Positions 52,590 through 62,893 of a DNA stretch of 64,000 bases are shown one piece after another. The notes beneath the pieces were generated by a model that was given only the letters and a program-made list of their open reading frames with translations, had not been told where the DNA came from and did no database searches. The stretch is taken from contig DATJVM010000064.1 in NCBI GenBank assembly GCA_035501775.1, forward strand, positions 81,171-145,170, given 5' to 3'. This stretch comes from Gemmatimonadales bacterium. GTDB taxonomy: Bacteria > Gemmatimonadota > Gemmatimonadetes > Gemmatimonadales > GWC2-71-9. Each line of letters opens with the position of its first letter. Position 1 is the first letter of the stretch. Both the position numbers and the translations under genes were made by a program.

Positions 52590-55136
52590 ATGGCGACTTC
52601 CCCGGATGCAACCCACGCGCTGGATCTCTCGGCTAACGCGATTACGGTCCTCGAGAAGCGATACCTGATCAAGGATGATCGGGGCCGGCCGACCGAGTCG
52701 GCCTCTGATCTGTTCTGGCGGGTGGCGCGCACCATTGCCGAGCCGGACCGCAAGTACGGCGCGTCCGCCGGCGCGGTGGAGGCGCTCGCCGAAGCCTTCT
52801 TCGGGCTGATGGGGCGCCGCATGTTCATGCCCAATTCTCCGACCCTGATGAATGCTGGGCGTCCGCTGGGCCAGCTGTCCGCGTGCTTCGTACTCCCGAT
52901 CGAGGACACGCTCTCCAATGGCAGGAACGGGATCTACGACACCCTGCGGGCCATGGCGCTGGTGCACCAATCGGGCGGGGGCACCGGGTTCTCGTTCTCG
53001 CGGCTGCGGCCCAAGAACGACATCGTGCGTTCCACCATGGGGGTGGCAAGCGGCCCGGTCTCGTTCATGAGCCTGTACGATGCCTCGACCGATGTGGTCA
53101 AGCAGGGTGGGACCCGGCGCGGCGCCAACATGGGGATTCTCCGGGTGGATCATCCGGACATCCTCGACTTCATCTCCTGCAAGGACGACATCACCAAGAT
53201 CACCAACTTCAACATCTCGGTGGCCGTCACGGATGCGTTCATGGCGGCCGTGGAGTCGGACGCCGAATACGATCTGATCCATCCCAAGACCCGCCAGGTG
53301 ACGGGACGGCTCCGGGCCCGTGAGGTGTGGCGGAAGATCATCCACGGAGCGTGGAAGACCGGCGAGCCCGGCGTGTTCTTCATCGACCGAGCCAACTTCT
53401 ACAACCCGGTTCCGCACCTGGGCTCCTACGAGGCGACCAATCCCTGCGGCGAGCAGCCGCTGCTGCCCTACGACGTCTGCAACCTGGGGTCGATCAACGT
53501 CGGCTATTTCGTGAAGGATGGGCAGGTGGACTGGGAGCAGATGCGGCAGGTGGTGCACCTCTCGACCCACTTTCTCGAGAACGTCATCGACGCCAACAAC
53601 TACCCGCTGCCGGAGATCGACGAGCTGTCGAAGCGCATCCGGCGCATCGGGCTCGGAGTGATGGGGTTGGCCGATCTGCTGATCCGGCTGGGCATTCCCT
53701 ATGACAGCGACGAAGGCGTGGAGATGGGCCGCCGCATCATGGCCTTCGTGGATGATGAGGGCAAGGTCGAGTCCGAGCGGCTGGCGGCCCAGCGCGGGCC
53801 ATTCCCCGAATGGGAGCGGAGCATCTGGGGGCCGGATGCGACCTGCGCCCGTGACGCGAAGGGAAACCGGGTTCGCCCCATGCGTCGACTCCGGAACTGC
53901 AACGTGACCACCGTCGCGCCGACCGGCACCATCTCGATCATCGCGGGGTGCTCGTCCGGCATCGAGCCGCTGTTCGCGGTGGCATTCATGCGGAACCAGG
54001 CGGGCGTGCTCATGCCGGATGTAAACGAGGATTTCGTCAGCGTCGCCCGCCGGGAGGGGTGGTATTCCGACGAGTTGATGAAACGCATCGCGGAGGCGGG
54101 CAACATCCACTTCCCCGAAGTGCCCGAGAAGTGGCAGCGTGTGTTCGCGACGGCCAACGAGATCAAGCCCGAGTGGCACATCCGGATGCAGGCCGCGTTC
54201 CAGGCCCACAACGACAGCGCGATCTCCAAGACCTGCAACTTCGCGAACGATGCGAGCGAGACGTACGTCGAGGAGATCTACCGCCTCGCCTACAGCCTCG
54301 GCTGCAAGGGCGTCACCGTCTATCGCGACGGGAGCCGCGAGATGCAGGTGCTCTCCACCGGCTCGACCGCCAAGAAGGTCGCCGAGCAGGCCACAACCAG
54401 CGGCAAGGCCGAGGCCCGCGCCGACCTCGAGGGAATGGTCAGCAGCGGCGGGGAAGCAGCCGCGCCCCGCACCGAGGCGGCGGATCTCTACGGCGAGATC
54501 GCCGAGGTGCGGGCGGAGAACGAGCGCCTGCGGCGGATGGTCCACGACCTCGAGGCCGAGAATCTGCAGCGCCGCCAGAAGCGCTCGCGCCCAGATATGC
54601 TGCGCGGAACTACTCGCCGAATCGAGACCCCGCTCGGCACACTGTACGTGACCATCACGGAGGACGATCGTGCCCAGCCCTTCGAGGTCTTCATGAGCCT
54701 CGGCAAGGCGGGTGGCGCCATCATGGCCGACGTCGAGGCGATGGGGCGGCTGATCAGCCTCGCGCTGCGTTCTGGCATTCCGCTGGCGGAAATCCATCGC
54801 CAGATCCGGGGCATCAGCTCCGATCGTGCCTTTGGCGTCGGTCCGAACAAGGTTCTCTCGGTGCCCGACGCCGTGGGCATCGCCATCGAGAAGTGGATGC
54901 ACGAGAAGCAGGGTGTGCAGCAGGAACTGTTGCCCGGCCACGCCGCGCCGAGCGCGGTCTCGACTCCTACCGTGTCTCAGGTCCAGCGCGCGGTGACCGA
55001 AGCCGGCGAGCAGCAGCTCTCACTTACTCATAACCAGCCGGTGCTCACCGGCGCATGCCCTGACTGCGGCTCGCAGCTCGAGTTCGCCGAAGGGTGCATG
55101 AAATGCCACGTGTGCGGCTTTTCGGAGTGCGGGTGA
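52590..55136 (+). CDS. nrdJ: Adenosylcobalamin-dependent (class II) ribonucleotide reductase with TSCPD-like C-domain and terminal zinc ribbon
   Basis: ITVLEKRYL, PNSPTLMNAG, SACFVL, NPCGEQPLLPYDVCNLGS and TVAPTGTISI. C-terminal CPDCGSQLEFAEGCMKCHVCGFSECG. Start at ATG 52590 inside ORF 52533..55136. Confidence 0.9.
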   Translation: MATSPDATHALDLSANAITVLEKRYLIKDDRGRPTESASDLFWRVARTIAEPDRKYGASAGAVEALAEAFFGLMGRRMFMPNSPTLMNAGRPLGQLSACFVLPIEDTLSNGRNGIYDTLRAMALVHQSGGGTGFSFSRLRPKNDIVRSTMGVASGPVSFMSLYDASTDVVKQGGTRRGANMGILRVDHPDILDFISCKDDITKITNFNISVAVTDAFMAAVESDAEYDLIHPKTRQVTGRLRAREVWRKIIHGAWKTGEPGVFFIDRANFYNPVPHLGSYEATNPCGEQPLLPYDVCNLGSINVGYFVKDGQVDWEQMRQVVHLSTHFLENVIDANNYPLPEIDELSKRIRRIGLGVMGLADLLIRLGIPYDSDEGVEMGRRIMAFVDDEGKVESERLAAQRGPFPEWERSIWGPDATCARDAKGNRVRPMRRLRNCNVTTVAPTGTISIIAGCSSGIEPLFAVAFMRNQAGVLMPDVNEDFVSVARREGWYSDELMKRIAEAGNIHFPEVPEKWQRVFATANEIKPEWHIRMQAAFQAHNDSAISKTCNFANDASETYVEEIYRLAYSLGCKGVTVYRDGSREMQVLSTGSTAKKVAEQATTSGKAEARADLEGMVSSGGEAAAPRTEAADLYGEIAEVRAENERLRRMVHDLEAENLQRRQKRSRPDMLRGTTRRIETPLGTLYVTITEDDRAQPFEVFMSLGKAGGAIMADVEAMGRLISLALRSGIPLAEIHRQIRGISSDRAFGVGPNKVLSVPDAVGIAIEKWMHEKQGVQQELLPGHAAPSAVSTPTVSQVQRAVTEAGEQQLSLTHNQPVLTGACPDCGSQLEFAEGCMKCHVCGFSECG

Positions 55137-55226
55137 GGCGGCAGGGGCGCCTCCCCGCCGGGGACCGCGGGGCGCCGAGGCGCTAGGCTTTCCACCGGTC
55201 AGTCGGGCGGGACCGACGCGCTGGAT

Positions 55227-55266
55227 GGGGTGCATCAGTCGGGGCTGATGCACCCCGCTGCCTTTT
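55227..55266 (+). terminator. Rho-independent-type terminator after nrdJ
   Basis: GGGGTGCATCAG (55227-55238) / loop TCGGGG / CTGATGCACCCC (55245-55256), followed by GCTGCCTTTTCGG. Confidence 0.7.
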
Positions 55267-55282
55267 CGGAGGCCCGGCTTTC

Positions 55283-55498
55283 CTACTCCGCGACGATCTC
55301 GAGGTCTTCCGGCTTCAGAACAACATCGCCGTGCCCGGGAACATCCACCGTGATCAGGTCCTTGAGCTGGTCCCCCGGCTTTCGCTTCACGCGGCTTACC
55401 TCGACAATCACTCCGGTCTTCCCCTTCACGCGCGATACGCCCGTGGCGAGAATCCGGGCCTTGAGCCCGGGCACACACTGGTCGATGTGGGCCATCAT
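55283..55498 (-). CDS. Hypothetical small protein (71 aa), possibly SH3/Tudor-like beta fold
   Basis: The only sizeable ORF in this gap. Alternating charged/hydrophobic beta pattern (GVIVEVSRVKRKPGDQLKDLITVDVPGHGDVVLKPEDLEIV). No family assigned. Confidence 0.35.
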   Translation of the reverse strand: MMAHIDQCVPGLKARILATGVSRVKGKTGVIVEVSRVKRKPGDQLKDLITVDVPGHGDVVLKPEDLEIVAE

Positions 55499-55614
55499 CC
55501 CGCTCCAGTTCAGGTGGGGCCCGGGAGGCGCAGGTCGGTCCGGGCCCCCGTGGGGTTAATATACCTCTCACTGCCGTTCCGCTCCGGGACGGCAGGGCCG
55601 GCTTGGGTATCGTC

Positions 55615-56469
55615 ATGAGCCATTCTTCAGGGCGATTGAGCGTGGGTGCCACGACAGCTAACTCGGATGGAGGCGGACTCGCAGTCGTCTGCAAGCGGCT
55701 GACTCGCACGTTTGGCAGTGTCCGAGCGGTGCGGGACCTCGATCTCGAGGTGCGCTCGGGCATCATCTTCGGGCTTCTGGGACCGAATGGGGCGGGGAAG
55801 AGCACGACCATTCGGATCCTCACGACGCTGCTGCCGCCGACGTCTGGCGAGGCCCGGGTGGCCGGCCTGGATGTGGTTGCCGATGCGGCAAAGGTGCGCC
55901 GGCGAATCGGCTACGTCCCGCAGCTCCTGTCGGCCGATGGGGCGTTGACGGGGCGGGAGAACCTGCTGCTCTCCGCCCGGCTCTACCGCATCCCTCGGGA
56001 CCAACGCGCGGCCCGGATACAGGCCGCCCTCTCATTCATGGAGCTGGAGCATGCGGCAGGGCAGCTGGTCCGCACCTACTCGGGAGGAATGATCCGGCGT
56101 CTTGAACTGGCGCAGGCAATGCTGCACCAGCCCGAGGTGCTGTTTCTGGACGAGCCGACGATCGGGCTCGACCCCGTTGCGCGACACGCGGTGTGGCAGC
56201 ACCTGAGCGCGCTCCGTCGGGAGACCAGCATGACCATTCTCCTCACGACGCACGATATGGATGAGGCCGCGGCATTGTGCGATGAGATCGCGTTCATGCA
56301 CGCCGGCGCCGTCTCGGTGGCCGGACGGCCGGACGATCTCACGGCCGCCATCGGGCCGGAGGCGACCCTGGACGATGTCTTCATCCAGGTCGCAGGCGGC
56401 ACCATAGATGAAGGGGGGACCTACCGTGGCGTCGGACAGCTCCGCAGCTCCATCCGTCGCCGGGGCTGA
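55615..56469 (+). CDS. ABC transporter ATP-binding protein (DrrA/ABC-2 type)
   Basis: Walker A GPNGAGKST, signature YSGGMIRRL, Walker B VLFLDEPT, H-loop TTHDMDE. I prefer ATG 55615 over TTG 55603. Confidence 0.9.
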   Translation: MSHSSGRLSVGATTANSDGGGLAVVCKRLTRTFGSVRAVRDLDLEVRSGIIFGLLGPNGAGKSTTIRILTTLLPPTSGEARVAGLDVVADAAKVRRRIGYVPQLLSADGALTGRENLLLSARLYRIPRDQRAARIQAALSFMELEHAAGQLVRTYSGGMIRRLELAQAMLHQPEVLFLDEPTIGLDPVARHAVWQHLSALRRETSMTILLTTHDMDEAAALCDEIAFMHAGAVSVAGRPDDLTAAIGPEATLDDVFIQVAGGTIDEGGTYRGVGQLRSSIRRRG

Positions 56470-57247
56470 CTCGGCGATCCTCGGATTCGGGGGACAGGTC
56501 GTCGCGATCGCGATTATGGAGGTCACCAAGCTCCTGCGCGATCCTACCGAGATCATCTCCCGGGCCATCCAGCCGGTACTCTGGCTCGTGGTCTTCGGCG
56601 AGGTGTTCACCCGGACCCACGCCATCCCTACCGGGGCGCTGAGCTATCTCGAGTTCATGGCGCCGGGTGTGCTCGCGCAGGGGGTCCTCTTCAGCGCGAT
56701 CTTCTTCGGCATCGCGGTGATCTGGGAGCGGGACCTGGGCATCGTGCACAAGCTGCTGGCCAGTCCGGCGCCCCGTACCACGCTCGTGCTGGGCAAGGCG
56801 GCCGCCGCCGGGCTCCGTGGCCTGCCCCAGGCAATCATGATCTATCTGCTTGCCGCTGTTCTGGGAGCCCGAGTGGCCTATGGGCCGGGCCCGGTGCTGA
56901 CGGCGCTGGGGTTCGTCATTCTTGGATCGGGGCTGTTTGCCACTTTCTCGCTCATCATCGCCTGTCTGGTCCGGACGCGTGAGCGGTTCATGGGCATCGG
57001 ACAGCTGCTGACCATGCCGCTCTTCTTCGCGAGCAACGCGATCTATCCGCTGGAGCTCATGCCGCGGTGGCTGCGGGTCGTGGCGCACCTCAACCCCCTC
57101 ACCTACCTGGTCGATGCGCTCCGTGCCGTGATGGTGCCGGGTGCGGGGACGGTGTACGGCCTCGGGGTGGATCTGGGAATCGTTCTGGCGCTGTTTGTCG
57201 TGCTGATCGGGGTTGCGGCACGGCTCTACCCCGGGCTGGCGCACTAG
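56408..57247 (+). CDS. ABC-2 type transporter permease
   Basis: Six hydrophobic helices with an ABC-2 N-terminal pattern (MEVTKLLRDPTEIISRAIQPVLWLVVFG). The start is uncertain (ATG 56408 or GTG 56426). It overlaps the ATPase gene's 3' end. Confidence 0.8.
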   Translation: MKGGPTVASDSSAAPSVAGADSAILGFGGQVVAIAIMEVTKLLRDPTEIISRAIQPVLWLVVFGEVFTRTHAIPTGALSYLEFMAPGVLAQGVLFSAIFFGIAVIWERDLGIVHKLLASPAPRTTLVLGKAAAAGLRGLPQAIMIYLLAAVLGARVAYGPGPVLTALGFVILGSGLFATFSLIIACLVRTRERFMGIGQLLTMPLFFASNAIYPLELMPRWLRVVAHLNPLTYLVDALRAVMVPGAGTVYGLGVDLGIVLALFVVLIGVAARLYPGLAH

Positions 57248-57346
57248 GCCAAGGGGCAGCCGGCCGGTGCCACGCTGGCGGGCGGGGCTTGCCGGGCCCG
57301 GCAACGTCTGATAGTCTGACGCGGTCCGCCCGCAACCGAGCCGAAC

Positions 57347-57928
57347 ATGCACTACGAGCGCCTCTTCATCGCCGCTGCCGAGATTCCGACGGCCATCTCC
57401 CCGGCCTTTCAGCACCTGCTCGACACCTACGCCTCGGAGACAAACAAGACCGCCGCGATGTGGGCCGAGCTCGGTGATGCCCAGCTCGGCTTCCGGCCCC
57501 ATCCGAAGAGCACCACCCTCCGGGAGCTTCTGGTCCATCAATTGCTCTCCGAGCGGCGATTCTTCGCGGAATTCATCGGTCTCGCGGAGCCTCCGGCCGC
57601 CGAGGTCCTGCCCCCGGGCGAGTCGCCCGCGGTGACCGCCTACGTCGACCGGCTGGTAGGGCTTGCCCGCCCCCGCCTGGCGGCGCTGGCGCCGCGGGAC
57701 GAGCGGTTCTGGCTCGAGCCGGTGCCGTTCTTTGACGTGACCCGCGAGCGGATCTGGGTCTTCTGGCGCCGGGTGCTGCACTCGGCGCATCACCGGGCTC
57801 AAGCCGGATTCTGCCTGAGGCTGCTCGGGGCTCGCGTGCCATCGACCTACGGCCCCACCGCCGACGTGAGCTGGAGCGGGGCTGACCCGACCCGGACCGT
57901 CGCGGCCGCGGAGCGTCCTGGGCAATGA
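57347..57928 (+). CDS. DinB-family protein
   Basis: Four-helix-bundle pattern with conserved His positions (LLVHQLLSERRFF ... VLHSAHHRAQ). 193 aa. Confidence 0.65.
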   Translation: MHYERLFIAAAEIPTAISPAFQHLLDTYASETNKTAAMWAELGDAQLGFRPHPKSTTLRELLVHQLLSERRFFAEFIGLAEPPAAEVLPPGESPAVTAYVDRLVGLARPRLAALAPRDERFWLEPVPFFDVTRERIWVFWRRVLHSAHHRAQAGFCLRLLGARVPSTYGPTADVSWSGADPTRTVAAAERPGQ

Positions 57929-58022
57929 GGGCCGCGGGCTGGCCGCAACTGGTGCCACCGGTTCGGGCGCGCTACCTTCGCCGGGTGCGGACCAGTCTCT
58001 CTCGACCAATACCCAAGGAGCC

Positions 58023-58295
58023 ATGCCGATGACCGAGAAGTCCGGCGATCTCAAGCCGATCAAGCCGAGCCGCATCGCGGAGGAACTGGGCAAGCTGTCT
58101 GCTGCCCGGCGCCGTGGTGAGCTCAAGGCCGATGCGTACGACCAACGGTTCGCGCGTGTCATTCAGGAACTCAGGGAACGGCAGATCGACGGCACGCGGG
58201 ACGACATTCTGGCCGCTCTTAAGCCCCTGCTCGACGCGGGGGACATCACCGAGAAAGAGCATTTCCGCCTGATCGCCCAGCTGGGCATGCGCTGA
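58023..58295 (+). CDS. Small protein with SHOCT-like C-terminal motif
   Basis: ILAALKPLLDAGDITEKEHFRLIAQL fits the SHOCT pattern (L..L..L.d.G.IT.eEf...k..L). 90 aa. Confidence 0.45.
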   Translation: MPMTEKSGDLKPIKPSRIAEELGKLSAARRRGELKADAYDQRFARVIQELRERQIDGTRDDILAALKPLLDAGDITEKEHFRLIAQLGMR

Positions 58296-58363
58296 CACGA
58301 CGAAACTCCGGGCCATCGACACCCCGTAGGGAGCGCCACCCTACAGTCAATCGAGGACCTCCC

Positions 58364-58858
58364 ATGCGGTGGGCGCTCAGCGGCCTTCTTCTGCTTTCGC
58401 TTGACGTGCCGGCTCCGCCGGCCGGCTGTCCCGAACCCGCGCAACGGCAGTTCGATTTCTGGATCGGTGACTGGACCGTCACCGACAGCGCCGGAGCGCA
58501 GACCTTCGGCCACAATCTCGTCACCTTGGAGGAGGCCGGCTGCCTCATCCACGAGCACTGGACCGGACAGGGCGGGGGCACGGGACAGAGCTTCAACTAC
58601 TACGAACCTTCCGCCACGGAATGGCGGCAGATCTGGGTGGCGAGTCGCGGCACCGTGCTGCAGCTGGCGGGCGGCCTGGTCGGATCTAGCATGGTTCTTA
58701 CCGGGAAGGGCGGCTCCACCGCGGGATCTCCGGCCTCGATGGACCGAATCGCCTGGACACCCGAGCCGGATGGCCGGGTGAGGCAGCAGTGGTCTACGTC
58801 GACAGATAGTGGCAGGACCTGGCAGGTTACCTTCGATGGTTGGTATCGGAAGCCGTAA
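58364..58858 (+). CDS. Secreted hypothetical protein (DUF1579-like pattern)
   Basis: Signal-like N-terminus, then FDFWIGDWTV...GCLIHEHW...WRQIWV...TWQVTFDGWYRK. I have seen this pattern in many uncharacterised secreted proteins. Confidence 0.55.
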   Translation: MRWALSGLLLLSLDVPAPPAGCPEPAQRQFDFWIGDWTVTDSAGAQTFGHNLVTLEEAGCLIHEHWTGQGGGTGQSFNYYEPSATEWRQIWVASRGTVLQLAGGLVGSSMVLTGKGGSTAGSPASMDRIAWTPEPDGRVRQQWSTSTDSGRTWQVTFDGWYRKP

Positions 58859-58889
58859 CAGTTTGCCAGCAGCCCCCAAGGTCGTCCCC

Positions 58890-59765
58890 ATGCGTTCAAA
58901 ACCGCTCGGCCCCTCCGTTCCCCCCGTTTCCGTGGTCGGCTACGGAGGGATGCATCTTTCGATCACCGACCGCCCCTCGGACAACGAGTCCCTCCGGGTC
59001 ATCCACGCCGCGCTCGACACCGGGATGACACTCATTGATACCGCGGACGCCTACTGCCTGGACGCCTCCGAAACGGGCCACAACGAGCGGCTGATCGCCC
59101 GAGCGCTCCGGAGCTGGGGCGGGCCCCGCGAGCAGGTGCTTGTCGCCACGAAAGGAGGCATTGTCCGCAGCGGCGGGCGATGGGACCGCGACGGCAGTCC
59201 GGCACATCTGCGTGCGGCCTGCGAGGCTTCGCTCAGGTCGCTCGGCGTGGAGCAGCTCGCGCTCTACCAACTCCATGCCCCCGACCCCGCGGTTCCCTTC
59301 GAGGAGAGCGTCGGCGCTCTGGCCGAGCTCAGGCGCGCGGGGAAGATCCGGTGGGTTGGTCTTTCGAACGTGTCGGTGGAACAGATCCAGCGCGCGGCCC
59401 GGATCGTACCAGTCGTGAGCGTCCAGAATCGACTCAATCCTTTCTTCCGGGAGGCGTTGCTGGATGGCGTGGTGGCGTTTTGCGCGGAACAGGGGATCGG
59501 CTTCCTCGCGTACAGCCCGACCGGAGGTGGCCGGCTCACCAAGAAGCTTCCCTCGCATCCGGTCCTGCTGGATATCGGACGGCGGGTCGGGGCCACGCCG
59601 CACGCGGTCTGCCTCTCGTGGGTCCTCGCCCAGGGCGCGACCGTCTTCGCCATCCCGAGCGCGCGACGGATCGAGCACGTTCAGGACAGCGCGCGCGCGG
59701 CCGATCTGGCGCTCGGGGCGGAGGAACTCTCCCGTATCACCGCGGCGGCCTTCGATCGGACCTAG
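58890..59765 (+). CDS. Aldo/keto reductase
   Basis: [32 protein letters not shown] and VQNRLNP motifs. Start at ATG 58890 inside ORF 58809..59765. Confidence 0.9.
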   Translation: MRSKPLGPSVPPVSVVGYGGMHLSITDRPSDNESLRVIHAALDTGMTLIDTADAYCLDASETGHNERLIARALRSWGGPREQVLVATKGGIVRSGGRWDRDGSPAHLRAACEASLRSLGVEQLALYQLHAPDPAVPFEESVGALAELRRAGKIRWVGLSNVSVEQIQRAARIVPVVSVQNRLNPFFREALLDGVVAFCAEQGIGFLAYSPTGGGRLTKKLPSHPVLLDIGRRVGATPHAVCLSWVLAQGATVFAIPSARRIEHVQDSARAADLALGAEELSRITAAAFDRT

Positions 59766-59799
59766 CTCGGGAGCGCCTCCGCTCCGGTATATTGCGGTC

Positions 59800-61020
59800 A
59801 TGACTTCAGTCGAACGTCGTCAGACGGTCAGCAGCTGGATCGGTGGCGTCCCGGTGGGCGGCGTCCACTCCATCGTCGTGCAGTCGATGACCAACACCGA
59901 CACCGCGGATGTGGCCGCCACAGTGGGGCAGGTGGCGGCCCTGGCCCGGGCCGGGAGCGAGCTGGTTCGCGTTACGGTGAATACCGAGGCGGCGGCCCGC
60001 GCCGTGCCTCAAATCGTCGCCCGGTTGACGGACCAGGGAGTGACGGTCCCCATCATCGGGGATTTCCACTACAACGGCCACCTCCTCCTGACTCAGCACC
60101 CGGCGTGTGCCGCGGCGCTGGCCAAGTATCGCATCAACCCCGGGAATGTCGGGGGCAAGCACGCCGACGAGAATTTCCGGGCCATAATCGAGGTGGCGCT
60201 CCGTCACGAACGACCGGTCCGGATCGGCGTCAACTGGGGATCCCTCGACCAGCGGCTCCTGACCGAACTGATGGATGCCAACGCCCAGCTGGCGGAGCCG
60301 CGGGACGCCCGAGCCGTCGTGCTGGATGCGATGGTGGAGAGCGCGCTCCGGTCGGCCGCGCTGGCGGAGGAGATGGGCATGCCGCACGACCGCATCCTCC
60401 TGAGCGCGAAGGTTTCGGGCGTGCAGGATCTCGTCGAGGTGTACCGTGCCCTCGGGCGGGCTTGCGACTACCCGCTCCACCTTGGCCTGACCGAGGCCGG
60501 AATGGGGATGAAGGGCATGGTGGCCAGCACGGCGGGCCTCGCGATCCTTCTGCAGGAGGGGATCGGCGATACGATCCGGGTGTCGCTCACGCCCCGCCCG
60601 GGCGGAGACCGGACCGAGGAGGTGCTGGTGGCCCAGCAGATCCTCCAATCCATCGGCTTGAGGAGCTTTACGCCGCAGGTCACCGCGTGCCCGGGATGCG
60701 GGAGGACGACCAGCTCGTTCTTTCAGCAGATGGCGGAGGATATCCAGGGGTACCTGCGGGAGCAGATGCCCGCGTGGCGCGGACGCTACCCCGGCGTCGA
60801 GGAGCTCAAGGTGGCGGTGATGGGATGTGTTGTGAACGGTCCCGGGGAGTCGAAGCACGCGAACATCGGTATCTCGCTGCCGGGGACCTTCGAGGAGCCC
60901 AGGGCCCCCGTGTATGTGGATGGCAGGCTGTTCGTGACGCTCAAGGGGGAAGCCATCGTGCCCGATTTCCTCCGAATCCTCGATGAATACGTAGAGTCCC
61001 GGTATGCCGCTCCAGCTTGA
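59800..61020 (+). CDS. ispG: 4-hydroxy-3-methylbut-2-en-1-yl diphosphate synthase (flavodoxin)
   Basis: [29 protein letters not shown] and [11 protein letters not shown]. Start at ATG 59800 inside ORF 59464..61020. Confidence 0.95.
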   Translation: MTSVERRQTVSSWIGGVPVGGVHSIVVQSMTNTDTADVAATVGQVAALARAGSELVRVTVNTEAAARAVPQIVARLTDQGVTVPIIGDFHYNGHLLLTQHPACAAALAKYRINPGNVGGKHADENFRAIIEVALRHERPVRIGVNWGSLDQRLLTELMDANAQLAEPRDARAVVLDAMVESALRSAALAEEMGMPHDRILLSAKVSGVQDLVEVYRALGRACDYPLHLGLTEAGMGMKGMVASTAGLAILLQEGIGDTIRVSLTPRPGGDRTEEVLVAQQILQSIGLRSFTPQVTACPGCGRTTSSFFQQMAEDIQGYLREQMPAWRGRYPGVEELKVAVMGCVVNGPGESKHANIGISLPGTFEEPRAPVYVDGRLFVTLKGEAIVPDFLRILDEYVESRYAAPA

Positions 61021-61705
61021 CGTCGTGCTGCGCGACCGCCCACTCGCCGGCGCCCTATCGATGTTCGGGGCAGGGCTCCTCACCAGCCTGACACCCTGTG
61101 TGTATCCGATGATCCCCATCGTCGCGGGTGTGCTCGGCGGGGCTGGAGCGCAGAACCGGTCCCGGTGGCGAGCGCTCAGCTTCACGTTGACTTACATCGT
61201 CGGCCTGGCCCTGGTCTACGCTCTGCTCGGGCTGCTGGCCGGAATGACGGGCTCCCTCTTTGGTGGGGTGAGCTCCAATCGCTGGGCGTACTTTGCCGTG
61301 GGCAACCTGCTGCTCGTCTTCGGGCTGGCCCTGCTGGACGTGTTTCCCGTGACGGTTCCCGGGAGGCTGCTCTCGTGGGCCAGCAGTTTCGCCGGGCGCT
61401 CCTACGCCGGCGTCTTCGCCATGGGTGCCACCTCGGGCCTGGTGGCCGCTCCGTGCGGTGCCCCGGCCTTCGCGGCGGCGCTCACCTTCGTCACTGTGAC
61501 GCGGAGCGCGGCGCTGGGCTTCCTGTACCTGTTTGTTTTCTCGCTGGGCATGACGGCTCTCCTGCTGGTCACTGGACTGATCAGCGGCCTGGCGGGGGCC
61601 TTGCCTCGAGGCGGGGCCTGGACAGAGTGGATCAAACGCGGTGCCGGCGTGGTACTCCTTGGGGTGGCCGAGTATTACTTCATCCAGATGGGAAAGGTGT
61701 CATGA
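61004..61705 (+). CDS. CcdA/DsbD-family thiol-disulfide transmembrane protein (second paralog in the window)
   Basis: [17 protein letters not shown] and APCGAPAF Cys motifs. The start could instead be the ATG at 61061. Overlaps the ispG 3' end by 17 nt if 61004 is used. Confidence 0.8.
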   Translation: MPLQLDVVLRDRPLAGALSMFGAGLLTSLTPCVYPMIPIVAGVLGGAGAQNRSRWRALSFTLTYIVGLALVYALLGLLAGMTGSLFGGVSSNRWAYFAVGNLLLVFGLALLDVFPVTVPGRLLSWASSFAGRSYAGVFAMGATSGLVAAPCGAPAFAAALTFVTVTRSAALGFLYLFVFSLGMTALLLVTGLISGLAGALPRGGAWTEWIKRGAGVVLLGVAEYYFIQMGKVS

Positions 61706-62220
61706 TCTCCGCAATCCGTGCCCTCAGTCTCTCGGTGGCCGCCGCCGCGGTCCTCTCAGCCTCGCCTCTCGCTGCCCAGGACGAGGCCGGCTTGCGGGTC
61801 GGGGCCCCAGCGCCGGTGGTGAGCGTCGACGACCTCGACGGGAAGCCGATCAGCCTCGGCGAATGGATCGGCAAGAAGCCGGTTCTGCTTGAGTTCTGGG
61901 CCACCTGGTGCACCAACTGCGAGGCGCTGCTCCCCCGCCTCCTGAAGGCCCGGGAGGCCGCCGGGAACCGGGTCGAGTTCGTCGCCGTCAACGTGACGGT
62001 CAACCAGACGCCGGAGCGGGTGCGCAAGTACGTCCAGGAACACGACGTCCCGTTTCGAATCCTGTACGATGACAAAGGAACCGCGACCCGGGCCTATCTC
62101 GCCCCGGCCACCTCGTATGTGGTGATCGTGGACTCGTCCGGCCGGGTCGCATATACGGGCCTTGGCGCGGACCAGCGGTTCGAAGGCGCGCTGAATCGGG
62201 CGGCTGGCCTCGCCGACTAG
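61702..62220 (+). CDS. TlpA/ResA-like periplasmic thioredoxin-fold protein
   Basis: Signal peptide. WATWCTNC (CxxC) in a redoxin context. ATGA overlap with the upstream CcdA-like gene. Confidence 0.85.
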   Translation: MISAIRALSLSVAAAAVLSASPLAAQDEAGLRVGAPAPVVSVDDLDGKPISLGEWIGKKPVLLEFWATWCTNCEALLPRLLKAREAAGNRVEFVAVNVTVNQTPERVRKYVQEHDVPFRILYDDKGTATRAYLAPATSYVVIVDSSGRVAYTGLGADQRFEGALNRAAGLAD

Positions 62221-62228
62221 GGGACGCC

Positions 62229-62816
62229 ATGAGACCGACCGCGCGGATCGCATGGGCTGTCATGCTGGGAACGGGCTGGGCCGCGGGCCCCGTCATGGCT
62301 CAGGACACGACCGCGGGCCGTGCGGCCGCCATCCTGGTTTCCGGGCCACGTATGGGCGACCGCGCCCCCGATTTTTCCCTCCCCTGGGCGTCCAAGGACT
62401 CCCTCAACGGTGATCCCTGGTTCAGTCTGAGCGCTCAGCGCGGCAAGGTCGTGGTCCTTGCCTTCTATCCCAAGGACTTCACGCCGAGCTGCACGGCGGA
62501 GATGAAGACCTTTGCCGACCAGTTCCAGGATCTGTTCGGGAACGACGTCGTGGTCGTGGCCATCAACGCCGATTCGTTGACGACCCACCAGCGGTTTGCC
62601 CAGAGCCTGGGGTTGCCCTTCAGGCTGCTGACCGACCGGGATCAGCGGGTCTCCAACCGATACGGGAGCGCGGACGAGAACGGGTACAACCGGGCCACGA
62701 TCTACGTGGTCGACCGCAAGGGGCTGGTCGTCTATACCGATCTTCGGTTCCGGCCCCTCGAATCGAAATCCTACTCCGAACTCAAGTCAGCGATCCAAGA
62801 CGCCCTCCGGGACTGA
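62229..62816 (+). CDS. Secreted peroxiredoxin (AhpC/TSA, Bcp-like)
   Basis: Signal peptide plus the FYPKDFTPSCT peroxidatic Cys motif. 195 aa. Confidence 0.85.
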   Translation: MRPTARIAWAVMLGTGWAAGPVMAQDTTAGRAAAILVSGPRMGDRAPDFSLPWASKDSLNGDPWFSLSAQRGKVVVLAFYPKDFTPSCTAEMKTFADQFQDLFGNDVVVVAINADSLTTHQRFAQSLGLPFRLLTDRDQRVSNRYGSADENGYNRATIYVVDRKGLVVYTDLRFRPLESKSYSELKSAIQDALRD

Positions 62817-62893
62817 CCCCACTGTCGTTGCTGGAGCTCAGGTTCGGTAGAGAGGGGGGCGTGGGGACGCGGCAATTCAATATCCGAAAGGCG

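Noticed and set aside
51759-54941. 1060-aa minus-strand ORF antisense to the gamma-CA and nrdJ genes
   Set aside because: The product is low-complexity and His/Arg/Gly-rich. The + strand encodes an unmistakable class II ribonucleotide reductase.
57289-57304. 16-bp perfect palindrome TTGCCGGGCCCGGCAA after the ABC-2 permease gene, as a terminator
   Set aside because: It would form only a short GC stem with no U-tract. It may be a weak terminator or protein site, but the evidence is too thin to call.
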